Positions 45,570 to 58,104 of a stretch of DNA of 64,000 nt are shown here, piece after piece. Under the pieces are notes generated by a model. It saw only the letters and a list, made by a program, of their open reading frames with translations. It did no database searches and was not told where the DNA came from. Made by a program: the position numbers and the translations under genes. The number at the start of each line of letters is the position of its first letter. The first letter of the stretch is position 1. The DNA is taken from NCBI GenBank assembly GCA_010909165.1, contig VJWM01000103.1, positions 806,001-870,000 of the forward strand, given 5' to 3'. Source of the stretch: Anthoceros angustus. Lineage: Eukaryota > Plantae > Anthocerotophyta.

Positions 45570-48500
45570 ATGAGCAGAATTGCACAGACCAGGGCGAGCC
45601 TGGTGAGCTTGGACAGGGAGATCGCAGCTGTCGAGGAAGGTCTTGAGACGTTTCAGGAGCCTGAGTCTGCGAAGGAGGGCGAGCGACGTGCAGAGCAGGA
45701 CAAGGCTGCAGATGATCGCGATGCATCAGCATCTGCATCCGGAGAGGGGGCGCTTTTCCGCGCCATCGCCAGTGAGCGGTTGCACAGCCTGAAGCGCAAG
45801 AGGGAGGAGCTGGAAGCTGAGCTAGGCAAGGCGGCAGAGGATCCTGACAGCAGCTCCGAGGGAGAAGGGGAGAGGGAGAAGAGAGTGGAGTCCGAGAGTG
45901 GCTCGGGGTTCGTGGAGACTGTGAGTTCACCCTGTTCTGGAACCCTGGTGTGGTGCTTTGTTGAATTGCGCGGTGCTAATCTGACGGAGTCACGTGTCTG
46001 TGCAGGAGCGGGACAGGTTGATCCGGATCGGAGTTTTGACGCCGTTCGACAGGATTCAAGGCTTTGAACGCCGGGTGAGACAGGATGGAGAGGGGCAGCC
46101 GGGTGGGGAGCTGGATGACAAGGTCAGGAGGTCTGTCAGGAAGACCGTGGCAGCGTATGCCGCCATTGCTGCAGCTAGGCCTACTACCAAATTGGTGGAT
46201 CCATCGGAGGTTCCCAGCTTGGAGCCTCCCACGCGGGAGTTTCGTCGTTTGCGGAGAATCGGCAAGCCAAGAACCCGGGATGTGGGAGATGGGGCGAAGA
46301 GGAGAGTCCGGCGACCGCAGGCTGGGGAGAAATGGAGGAAAAGGCGGGACTCTGCAAGCGAGGATGAGGGCAGTCAAGACGGTGGTTCCAAGGGGAGGAG
46401 TGTGGAGGGTGAGCACTCTGAAGGCGAGGAAGACTTGTCGAGTGGGGGGGAGCCTACCGAGGACGTTGTGCTGGAAGGAGGCCTTCGAATTCCTCGGATT
46501 GTCTTCGACAGGCTGTTTGAGTACCAAAAGACAGGTGTGAAGTGGTTATGGGAGTTGCATTGTCAGAAGACGGGTGGAATTATAGGCGATGAGATGGGGC
46601 TTGGCAAGACCGTTCAGGTCATTGCGTTCCTGGCTGCTTTGCACAACAGCAACATGTACAAACCTAGTATTGTTGTGTGTCCTGTCACCCTTCTAAGACA
46701 ATGGCGTCGCGAAGTGCAGAAGTGGTATCCCTCTTTCAAGCCTGAAATCATGCATGACTCTGCCTCATTTTCGGGAAGACAGAGCAGTAGGCAGAAGGAT
46801 GATTCCCAAGATGAAGATACAGATGTTGAGAGTGATGCTGCAGAGGACAGAGGGAAGCCTGCCAAAGCAGATCGATGGGATAGCTTGATCAAGCGAGTTG
46901 CAAAATCAAAGTCAGGACTGATTCTGACAAGCTATGAGCAGCTGAGGTTATTCAAGGACAAGCTGCTTGACATACAGTGGGGTTATGCTGTGCTAGACGA
47001 AGGGCATAGAATAAGAAATCCAGATAGCGACACGACACTTGTTTGCAAGCAGCTACGAACAGTCCACCGGATAATCATGACAGGTGCCCCTATACAGAAT
47101 AGGCTTACAGAATTGTGGTCCCTTTTTGACTTTGTCTTCCCTGGAAAACTTGGCGTCTTGCCAGTTTTTGAAGCGGAGTTTGCTGTGCCTATACGTGTTG
47201 GTGGATATGCAAATGCACTTCCTTTGCAGGTCTCAACAGCATTCAAATGTGCTGTCGTCCTGAGAGATTTGGTTTTACCTTACCTGCTGCGCCGGATGAA
47301 GTCAGATGTCGAAGCTCGTCTTCCTAAGAAGACTGAGCAAGTTCTGTTCTGTACTCTTACACAGGAGCAGCGGGCTTCTTACAGGTCATTTATTTCAAGC
47401 TCAGAGGTTGAGCAGATTTTTGAGGGAAAGAGGAATTCCCTCTTTGGCATTGACATTCTTCGCAAGATATGCAACCATCCAGATCTGCTTGAACAGGATG
47501 TCAGCTCTGGACATGTAGATTATGGGAACTATGAGCGGAGTGGGAAGTTGTCTGTTCTGGTAGGGCTTCTGAAGGTATGGAAAGGGGAAGGACACAAGGT
47601 TCTGGTATTCACTCAGACCCAGCAAATGCTGGATATTCTGGAGGCCTATGTGGTGGCCCAAGGTTATGTCTATCGTCGAATGGATGGATCCACTCCTGTG
47701 AAGCAGAGGATGTCCTTAATAGACGAGTTCAATGAGTCGCCAGAAGTATTTGTTTTTATACTTACCACAAAGGTTGGAGGATTGGGTACTAATCTGGTTG
47801 GTGCAAATCGCGTGGTGATATACGATCCAGACTGGAATCCCTCCACCGATATTCAGGTGGCGATTTCAATAGCATCGTCTCCATCTTTTGTTGTTTCATC
47901 AAGCGTCGTTGTTCTTCAGAAGTTCTTTCTCTATGCAGGCTAGGGAACGGGCGTGGAGGATAGGTCAAAAGCGGGAAGTTATTGTTTACCGGCTTATTAC
48001 AAGGGGTACCATTGAAGAAAAGGTGTACCACAGACAAATCCACAAGCAACTTCTGACTAACAAGATCTTGAAGGATCCTCATCAAAGGCGTTTTTTCAAG
48101 TCTAAGGATTTAAGAGATCTGTTCACGCTTCAGGATGATTCCATTTCCTCCCAAACAGAGACAGCATCCTTGTTTGCAGATGCAGAGGGGCACGTCACCC
48201 CGAGGTCTGTTGACAGGAACAAAAAGACCAGTGGTTCAAGAAGCAGGAGTCAGAAGCAATTGGGCGAAGTTAACCCTAGTGGTCCACAAGAGGCTGATGA
48301 AGAAGGAGACAGTGAGACAAAGTTGCTAAAATCTCTGTTTGGAGTCAATGGAATTCATGTACGCATGTTTCTTGTTATTTTGTCAAAGTCTTGTCATATA
48401 GGCTGGTTAGTAGTATTCGTAGAGCTCGTCTGGCAAGCGTCTTCAATTTGTTTGCCAAGCAGTTTATGAAACTGTGTTGTTGACTTCATGTGCTATGCCT

Positions 48501-49147
48501 TGGTGTTGTAGTCTGCAGTCGATCATGATGCCATTCTGTCCTTGATGGACAAGGAGAAGGTGCAAGTTGACATGGATGCAAGCAGAATCGCCCAACGCGC
48601 TGCGGAAGCCTTGCTGGAGTCACGAAGGCTGCGCAGCAACGACAGCGTTGCTGTGCCTACCTGGACTGGCCGAAATGGTGCAGCAGGTGCTCCAGAATCC
48701 GTGCGGGGGAGATTTGGTGCTGCAATAAGGCTAGTGTCCGAGTCCTCTAGTCGGTCGGCAGCTGGTAATGGAATCTCTGCAGGCTGCTCTGGTGGAACTG
48801 CTCTCAGTTCTGGCGATCTTCTATCTCGCCTCCGAAACAGGAGCAGCTTGGGTGCTGACTCGGGCAGGGCATCAGTGAGCAGCCCTCTAAGCAATGGGAG
48901 CAACGGCCAGGCTCCGAGGTCCAGAATCATTCCTCTTCCACATGAGGTACTGGCTCGCCAGCTCTGCAGATTTTTGCAGGAAAATGGAGGGGTTAGTACG
49001 TCAGCCCGTGTGTCAGAGCACTTCAAGAGCCGAGTGACAGGTACCGACGTTCCTGTGTTCAAACGCCTTCTGCATGTAGTAGCTACATTGAAAACGGACG
49101 CGGGGGTGACGGCTTGGCACCTCAAGGAGGAGTTCCACGATGTATAG
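45570..49147 (+). CDS. CHR8: CSB/ERCC6/RAD26 SNF2-family ATPase (CHR8); exons 45570-45920, 46006-47856, 47939-48358, 48512-49147; about 1086 aa
   Basis: [101 protein letters not shown], plus the C-terminal winged-helix segment. Splice junctions are in frame. A further upstream exon cannot be excluded. Confidence 0.96.
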
Positions 49148-49776
49148 TCCAAGACGGAGTCAGAAATGTGCCACAATACAGCCACTGGGGGTGTCTGGAT
49201 GCCCGTAAGTACAGGCAAAATGGCTTGCAGGCTCGGATGGGAGAAGTTGTAGCTTCCAGATTTTAGCCTGTAGTGTCGAAGAGCTCAGGGATCGACTCGG
49301 GACAGGTATGGTTAACTATACCGGAGGAAGGCACAGGCAGGATTACACCACCGGCGTGGCAACAAACGTGGGCACTCGGCAACCCGAGTGCGGGGGCTCG
49401 GGCAACAGTAGTTTTTTGGTGTCCTGTAGTGCTCCAAAAAGATGGATTTATGGGAGCAGGAAGCCTGCTTCCCGTCAAGGCAGTTGCTGGTGGCCGAGAC
49501 AATATTGCTTTGAAGCGGCAGACTTGGATATGTGGCATGCCGGCAGTGAAGACGTGTCGGCACGCAAGACCGCTAGCCGGTAGCTAGCAGTAGGAGGCTA
49601 GTGCTATTCGGCGTCGATTAATTTGGGCCCGATGTCCATTAGCCATTCTTGAAGGGAAGTTCAATTCTTTCTAGACTCATGTCTAGCTGGGCGGAGCAAG
49701 AAGCATCTCCCGCTCCCTCCCCGCGAAGCTGCTTATCCGCAGCGTGAAGCAGGGAAGCGGAGTGGTGCAGAGCGGA

Positions 49777-52700
49777 ATGGGCAAGCCCTTGGTGTTCGCT
49801 CTGAATGGGGAGCGGGTGGAGGTGGCGGATCCCGACCCGTCCATGACCCTCATCACTTACATAAGGACATTCACTCGCTTCAAAGGCACCAAGCTGGGGT
49901 GCGCCGAAGGTACACACCACCAGTCTTCCAGCCAGAATGTGACTTTGTTTGCAGTGTGAACGGATTCTGAACTTGTGAGCTGCGTGTGAATCGGGTCGTG
50001 TGTACCCTCTGCAGGAGGGTGCGGGGCGTGCGTGGTGCTGCTGGCCAGATACGATCCCGCGACCCGGCGGGTGGAGGAGGCGAGCATCAACTCCTGCCTG
50101 GCCCTGCTCTGCTCGCTGCATCTGTGCGCCGTCACCACCACCGAAGGCTTGGGCAACTCCCGCGATGGCTTGCACGCGATTCACCAGCGAATCGCCGGCT
50201 TCCACGCCTCCCAGTGCGGCTTCTGCACTCCCGGGGTGGCCATGGCGCTCTACGCCCGCCTCCGGCAGCCGGACGGGGACTCGGTCTCGGCCGCCTCCGC
50301 CGAGAGGGCTATCCAAGGCAACATCTGTCGGTGCACCGGATACCGCCCAATTCTGGACGCGTGCAAGAGCTTCGCGCAGGACGCGGACCTGGAGGATCTG
50401 GGGCTCAACACATTCTGGGACAGGAAGGAGTGCGCCAGCCGGGATCTTCTCCCGGGCTACACACGGTCCAGGGACCCGGTCTTCCCGCACTTCCTGCTCC
50501 AGGCGGTGGAGGCGGAGCAGGGGGACGCCGGGGTGGAGCAGCAGCGGATCCGGTACTTGGACGGAGGCGTGGCGGAGCGGGTGTGGGTCCGAGCAAGGTC
50601 GCTGCCGGAATTGTTTGCGGAGCTGCGGGAGCATGAAGGCAGCGGGAAGGTGGTGAGGCTGGTCGTGGGGAACACCAGCTCTGGGATCTTCAAGGACGCC
50701 AGCTGGCCGGACGTGTTCGTGGACATCAGCGCTGTTCCGGAGCTGGTGGAAGTGACGGTGTCCGACGACGGGGTGGAGGTGGGCGCGGCTGTCAGCCTGA
50801 CGAGATTCATCTCCGCGCTTGAGGAGAGCCGCGGTTCCGTGGTGCACCGGCAGGTGGCGGAGCATCTGGAGAAGCTGGCCAGCGCGCATGTGCGCAACCG
50901 GGGGAGCGTGGGCGGCAATTTGATTCTGGCTCAGGAGGAGGGGTTCGACTCGGATCTGGCCACCGTGCTGCTGGGCGCTGGGGCGTCGGTGAAGATTGCC
51001 GGGTCCGGGGGTTTGCAGGCTGTGCTGGGTCTTGGGGAGTTTTTGGAGAAGGGTGGTCTGGACTTTGGGACTGTGCTGCAGTCGGTGACTGTGCCGTCGT
51101 GGAATGGTACGAAGCAGGTGGCGTTCAAGACGTATAGGGCCTCCGCGCGCCCTCTTGGTAATGCCGTGTCGTACGCGAACGCCGCGTTCCTGGCCCACAT
51201 TGCTGGAGGTGAGGGTGGGAGGGACGTGGTCCAGCGGGCGCGGCTGGCGTTTGGCGCTTTCGGCAGCAAGCACGCCGTGCTGGCTGTGGAGGTGCAGGAG
51301 GTGCTGGCCGGGAAGGAGGTGACCCCTCACCTGCTGCTGGAGGCCATCGCGGTGCTCAAGGCCACTGTGGTCCCGGCGCAAGGCACCCACAAGGCTGCGT
51401 ACCGGGCCAGCCTTCTGGTGGGCTTTTTCTTCGACTTCTTCCGGCCATGGCTGCCGGCGGGGGACGCTGGCGCCCACCACAGCAACGGAGGTTTGGGGAA
51501 TGGGCATGGGGTCTTCTCGAATGGGGACGGGGCCCACAAGAGCAACCATGGTTCGGAGAATGGCATCACCGACGGCGGGCGCAACAGCACGAGCAACGGC
51601 GCACTGGAGAGAGGCCTCATCAATACCAACGGGGCTGAGGAGAACGGCCACCGCAAGACCGGGAAAGGGGCCAGGACGCTGAGCAGGGGAACGCAGAAGA
51701 TTGCCGTGTCCGATGACTTCTACCCGGTGGGCAAACCGGTTCCCAAGCTGGCTGCGGATTTACAGGCGTCCGGTGAGTAGTTGCATCCCCGTCTGAGTAA
51801 GCACAACTGGGCAGAGCGAGCGCCTGGATCGTCAGCATTGGTGCGGTGAGGTGACGAGGGCGTTTCTGAAGTGCAGGGGAGGCCGTGTATGTGGACGACG
51901 TCCCCGCTCCGGAGGGCTGCTTGTACGCCGCGTTTGTGATAAGCGACAGGGCTGTGGGTGAGATCGACAGGATCGATGCATCACCTGCTCTTGCCTCCCC
52001 GGGGGCTGTTTCCTTTCTCACGGCCCATGACATTCCCAAGGGAGGACAGAATGTGTCCGTCAATATGTTTGGTGCTCCGGAACCGCTCTTTGCCACAGAC
52101 AGAGTGGAATTCCATGGGCATCCCTTGGGTCTGCTGGTGAGTTTTTTTTCCCTCCGGGTTAGCTTTGGCGTGCCGTCAAGTCAGTGGTTCTTACTCTGGC
52201 CCGGTGCAGGTTGCTGACAGCTACAACCATGCTCGGGACGCTGCTTCCAAAGTGGTTGTCACCTATAACTCGGACAAGACTGAGGCCCCAATTCTGTCGA
52301 TTGAGGATGCTGTTGCCAGGAACTCGTATATCCCAGTAGCTCCCATGGTGGCTGCCGCCACCGCTCCTCTTGGAGACGCTGAAAAGGAGTTGTCTCAATC
52401 TGAGCTCAAAATCGAGAATGCTGAGGTATCTCTATTTCAGTTCACCCGTATTGTGTGCCGCTCCTTTGCTTGACGAGTATGTGTGGTTAGGCGGCTGCTC
52501 GATTTTCTTTACTCATGACGTGGTGGCAGTGCAGGTGTTCTGTGAAACCCAGTATCATTTTTACATGGAAATGCAGACTGCCCTTGCGGTCCCCGACGAA
52601 GATGGGCAAATGGTTGTGTACAGTGCTTGTCAAGGCACCCAGGGTATGCAGTCGCTTGTTGCCAAGTTCCTTGGGATGCCCTACCATAATGTGAGAATCA

Positions 52701-54833
52701 TTACCCGACGACTCGGTGGTAGTTTTGGTGGCAAGGTTTCAAAGGCTGGCTTTGTAAGTTTTCATATATTCCTCCTTACTCCCATGGCACAACTCCGTTA
52801 TGCTTCTCATTCGCACCATTTTTTGTTCGCATTTGGAGTGCACATACCTGAGGGACTGTGTTCTGTTGCGTCGTGTCTCATTCTGTTCAAGGTTACAGCA
52901 GCTTCTGCTTTTGCTGCATGGAAGCTGAAGCGACCCGTCCGGATGTACTTGGACCGAAAAACAGACATGCTCATCGTGGGGGGAAGAAATCCTATGAAGG
53001 TTAACTACTCTGTTGGATTCTCAAAGGATGGAAAGATCTCAGCACTGCAGATGAAGGTGATCATGGATTCGGGGTGTCAGCCAGATCTGACTATTTATCT
53101 GCCTTTGTTGGTACATTCAGCGACTAAGAAGTACGACTGGGGGGCATTCAAAGCTGATTACGAGATAGTGAGAACAAATAAAAGCAGCAAAACCTCCGTG
53201 AGAGCTCCAGGTGACATCCAAGGGGCCTTCATAGCTGAGACTGTTGTTCACCATGTTGCTGCTGAGCTTGGAATCAGGGTGCATGAAGTACGAGAGAAAA
53301 ATATGCACAGTCTGGAGACTGTTCTTGCAGCGCTACCTTCTGTTGGTGGCGTCGAAGGCTTTACGTTACCTGTCATCTGGGAGGCATTGAAACTGTCCTC
53401 CAGTTTTGTCCAAAGGACAGAGGAAATCGAGAGTTTCAACATCCGGAGGAAGTGGCATAAAAGAGGTCTGGCCATGATACCTGCAGCGTACGACATCGTG
53501 GTGAGGGAAAGCAATGCGAGGGTGACAGCATTTCCGGACGGCTCGGTAGTGGTTGAAGTAGGCGGCATAGAGATGGGACAAGGTTTGTGGACCAAGGTGA
53601 AGCAGACAGCAGCGTATGGGCTGAGCCTTCTCTGGGACCAGAAGCCAGGCGGGGTGGATATTACCCAAGTCCGAGTCGTGCAAGCAGACTCCATCAGCCT
53701 CGGTAATTCTGGAATAACTGCTTCCAGCAGTACATCGGAGAACAATTGTCTGTCTGTGCTGCAAGCGTGCGGGGTTCTCGTAGAGCGGTTGAAGCCGCTG
53801 AAACAGAAACTGGAAGAAGGAAGTCCGGAGGGCGTAAGTTGGGAGACGCTCGTCTTCAAGGTAGGGACTTCACTGGGAGTTCCGCTGTGTGTCACCTTGC
53901 TGAAAACCAATTCCCCCTGACTCCTGGGTGGTTGCAGGCTAGCATGACAGGAATTGATCTCGGCGTTCAGACAACAGGGCGCGTGAACCCACCCATCGAA
54001 AAACATTACGTCACCTTCGGTGCAGCTGTCAGTGAGGTGTGCGATCATGCGGGGACGCTGTGTCATCGGTTTCTGAATGGTTGCTGGCTCGTCTTTTGCT
54101 AACAGCCGGACTTGCAGGTGGAGATCGATATCCTGACTGGCGAGACCGTCATTCTTCGAACTGACTTGCTGTACGACTGTGGAAGGAGCTTGAGTCCTGC
54201 AGTCGATTTGGGACAGGTGGGTTGGGTTGTCCTCCTTTTGCCGTCCGTCCCCCTAAGGGGGACGGACGGCACTCAAGGTTTGTAAAAGCTAAGCATCCTT
54301 TCTTATGGTGCAGGTTGAAGGAGCTTTCGTGCAAGGTATTGGCTGGCACTTGACAGAGGAGATACAGATGGATGAACAGGGACGTCAGGTCACGGAGGGG
54401 ACATGGTTGTACAAACCTCCAACGCTGGACAACATTCCCCGCATTTTCAACATCGAATTGCTCAACAGCACCCCCAACAAGGAACGTATTCTTTCTAGCA
54501 AAGGTATTCCGAAACCTACGCATTTGGACAGATGTTTCTATGTATTGACATGTCCTCAGTAAGCCTGAGTCTATCTATGGAATTGTTTGGTGCACCGAAG
54601 CTTCGGGAGAGCCTCCAGCTTTGTTGGCAGCATCCGTTCACAGTGCAGTGAGAGAGGCCATATGTGCTGCAAGATTAGGCGTGTATGGGAAGAAGGGGGC
54701 TGAATTCTTCAGGTTGGACTCCACGGCGTCAGTGGACAAGGTGAAGACCCTGTGCGGGCTGGACAATGTGGAAACCTATCTGTCGTCTCTGATCACCACT
54801 AAGCTAGAAGGCCCTGGCACGATAGAAGAATAA
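49777..54833 (+). CDS. AAO: Aldehyde oxidase (molybdo-flavoenzyme, plant AAO type), multi-exon
   Basis: 2Fe-2S motifs KLGCAEGGCGAC and QCGFCTPG...[12 protein letters not shown]; FAD motif NRGSVGGNL; Moco-domain motifs [53 protein letters not shown]. Lacks the XDH QEHFYLE and FRGFG motifs. Confidence 0.93.
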
Positions 54834-55064
54834 TCACGATTTGTTCACGATTTGTGATTTGATCCTCTGCAACGTCCTACCTAGACACCACTAAGAGCTG
54901 GTAATGGTGGTATGTTTGTGTTGGTTGGATTATGGAGAGTCATACCACTAGAAAGTGTGTTGCCAGGCAAGAAAGCATGGAGAGCAATTTGAAGTTGAGA
55001 AGTCTTGGTATTCGATCCTGGCACCTGAACGTGATAAACATGAGGGAACCGCTAGGTGCAGGCC

Positions 55065-57009
55065 TTAAGGGCGCTTGGAGATAATGAGGGGTATTCCGAA
55101 CTGAGGCTGCAGCAGCATTGGGACGTGAGGTGCGTGACGATAGGAGGGAGATAGCGAGAACCGGAAGGTTTGCACAATACGCCCTAGAACAGCCTTCATC
55201 ACAAGCATGGCAAAGGACTGTCCGGGGCAGGTCCGAGGGCCGGTGGAGAAAGGGATATAGGCTGTGGGCATTTTGCAAGCATGCCTTACTCCGTTCTCGA
55301 ATCGCTCAGGCTTGAACTCGAGAGCATCCGGACCCCAGAGCTCCGGCAGGGTGTGCATTGCCAGTATTGAGACGTAAACACAGACGCCCTTGGGAATGAA
55401 GATGTCCCCTGCTTGAACGTCCTCGACTGCCTGCCTCACCGCGTTCGTGGTTGCAGGATACAGCCTGAGACTTTCCAGCAGAACCATTCCCACCTGTCAG
55501 GATTTTCAGCCAGAGAACTCACTCGTTAGCAGATTATCCACAGGCATGCGACCTGGTCAATCTTGCCACTTGGGCCGTATTTCTTACCACGTGGAGTTTG
55601 CTGGTCATCTCAGCAGTGAATCTGGTTTGGCCGTGGGTCACTTTATCCACTTCCGCCCTCGCCCTCTCCTGCCATTCTGGATGAAGGGCCAAGAGCATCA
55701 TGGTCCACTGCAACATTGCGCTGGTAGTCTCTTGCCCTACAATATAGAACGTGCTGCATTCGTCCAGAATATACTGCAACGAAGTTGCGTTGACATTCCC
55801 TGGCGTGCCAAACAGTTCGCTTGCCCGGATTATGAAGTCCAGTAGATCGGCGGGCCCTGCAGCTCCCTGCCCAGCTTCCAGCCTGTCTTGAATCGTGACG
55901 CGGAGTTCGTGTTCAATAGCCTTCTTGGTTCTCGCGATCTGTTTATTTCTTCGTGTGGGGAGATACCTGCCAGGACAGTGATTGCGAGGCATCTACACAC
56001 AGTGAGATGCCATATTGTGTGGCCCCTGCAAGCAGAGGTGGCAGCCAGCAACATACCTATACATAGGAATAGCAGAGAAGTAGGCATTGTTCCGGTTGAG
56101 AAGGGTGAGCTCAGCAGACCAGCTGAAGATCTTCTTTGCCGCCGAGTAATCTGTACCAAAGCTGGTTCGAGCCAGTATGTCGGCGGCCATCTTTCCGCAC
56201 CCGTCAGCAACATCAATTTCTGCGGAGCCACCAGCTCGGTCGACCGCTCGATCCCATTCGTCGATCACCTCGTTTGCGCAAGCCATGATCGTGTCCAGCA
56301 TCCCCTGCAGACCAGCGAGCCATGGCCCCGGCTACCCTAAAGAAATATAATAAGAGGAAGGTAAAAGTAATGAATTAGTCTGGACTCCCATACCGTACCT
56401 TGAGTCTGTCGAGATGGAAGGCAGGAACGATCAAGGCCCTGAGCTTAGCCCACACTTCTCCTTGCTGAACAACCAATCCGGTCTTTCCAAAAATTTGCTG
56501 CCTGTTCGTCTTCAACTGCTCCGACGGTCCAAAGCTGTGGAACTTGGTGGACATGACAATCCTGAGCAAGTTGACATCCGTGGTGCCCAGCACCGCGTCC
56601 ACGCCCCACCAGAACAGAAACGGATTGCCTGCACCCAGCAACGCCAACTTGGTCACGTCTGGCCACTCGAAGCAGTAGTGCTTGGAAAATGATACATGGC
56701 GTTGCGACACTGACCATACTGCTTCCTGGCTCTCCAAGCGAAGCGTTGTACTCTGGGCTCGATGTTATGACAGCCCACAGGCAAGTCGCTCTGCAATGCA
56801 GCCTTGCCCGCCTCCGCCATTTCGTAGCCATGCCCGATGAGCATGTTCCTCATGTTTAGCGGAGGACCCACGACTCCTTGCTTCCTCATCAAGCTCTGGA
56901 CGCGCATTTTGTGCCACCAGCCGCCGCTGTACTGGACTATCCTGACCAGCAAGGCGGCGAGCAATGCTGCCAGACATAGCCACCCAATGTCGTAGCCATG
57001 TTGCATCAT
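55065..57009 (-). CDS. Cytochrome P450, CYP72 clan; exons 57009-56715, 56628-56399, 56304-56057, 55966-55588, 55493-55065
   Basis: N-terminal TM helix, MRKQGVVGPP, DECSTFYIVGQETT (I-helix), ESLRLYP (K-helix), FKPERF, FSTGPRTCPG (heme). Five-exon layout typical of this clan. Family within the clan not assignable by eye. Confidence 0.93.
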
Positions 57010-57254
57010 CGTTGTGGGGAACAGGATGCCGGCAGATGAACTTCTTCCACCTGCACCCCGCAGCATTAGAATTGCTGGGACCCCGAGACGTTCCGAGTGG
57101 TTCTGTCATGTAGGAGCCAAAATGGGTTTCTGCTTTTCTGGCATACAGGCCAATAATTTTGCCCATCGAAAGCGACCGACGGTCCTCTTCAAGGAGTGGC
57201 GTCCACGAGTACTGATACCATCCAAGCTATGTACTACTCTTTCTTCTATTGTGT

Positions 57255-58104
57255 GCGGGCTCCTCAACATCTATGGGATACTTTATTATAAAAAAGAGAG
57301 GAAAAAATTCATCCACCCGGAAAACAAAGGAGGACAACCCATTATCCTCCCCTCAACATCTATGGGAGACTTTATTATAAAAAAGAGAGGAAAAAATTCA
57401 TCAACCCGGAAAACAAAGGAGGACAACCCATTATCCTCCCAACGAAGGGCACCATGCCACGGGACCCCCAACGATCGCCATCTCAAAACTACCAACGCCC
57501 TAAGAACTTCATGGTCAGTGAAAAGGCCTACTTAGCACTCGTGTCGATGAAGCCGCATCTCCACACGAGTAGTGATACCATCCAAGCTATGTACTTTCTT
57601 CTATTGTGTCTATGGGAGAGTTTATTATAAAAAAGAGAGGGAAAAATTCATCCACCCCGAAAACAAAGGAGGACAACTCATTATCCTCCCAACGAAGGGC
57701 ACCATGCCACGGGGCTAGCCCCAATTATCACCATCTCAAAACTACCAACGCCCTAAGAACTTCGTGGTCAGGGATGTGAAAAAGGCCTACTTAGCACTCG
57801 TGTTGAAGAAGCCGCATCTCCAGTGCTCGATGTTGTTCTGTAGATACGGTTCGTTTACGCTCTCTGCAGAGGGATGAAAACCCTCTGCCAAAGAAAGCAA
57901 CAATATAAGAAAGGGGAGGCCAACCCTATTCTTCCGGCCGTGATAAGCTTTGGTGCAGGCCTCGACGAACCTGGAGAAATTCTTGACCATGGCTCGGTGG
58001 GTCTCGATGGTAAGAGGGACGAAGGCGTGGACCTTAGCCCTTGTGCATCCATCCATCCGCTGCCCAACCCTCGACATCCACTGATGAGTGTTACCCATGT
58101 CAGC
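57255..58104 (-). mobile_element. 5'-truncated 3'-end fragments of a CRE-like non-LTR retrotransposon (family B), two copies: about 58104-57610 and 57563-57255
   Basis: Minus-strand FVPLTIETH and QRVFIPLQRA..GDAASST match the C-terminus of restriction-like endonucleases, followed by a 3' UTR with AATAAA. The left copy has an internal 2 x 89 bp duplication (57262-57440). Confidence 0.7.

Noticed and set aside
49679-49747. 22-codon upstream ORF before the AAO start
   Set aside because: TSS unknown and no conservation evidence; such short ORFs are expected by chance.
49639-51651. 670-aa minus-strand ORF and other long ORFs overlapping AAO, CSB (e.g. 48523-49218) and the MAP65 5' region
   Set aside because: Antisense or off-frame shadows of GC-rich coding exons; no recognisable domain.
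57209-57220. PBS-like TGGTATCAG on the minus strand in the duplicated segment
   Set aside because: Only 9 bp match tRNA-iMet PBS, with no adjacent LTR end or gag in that orientation.
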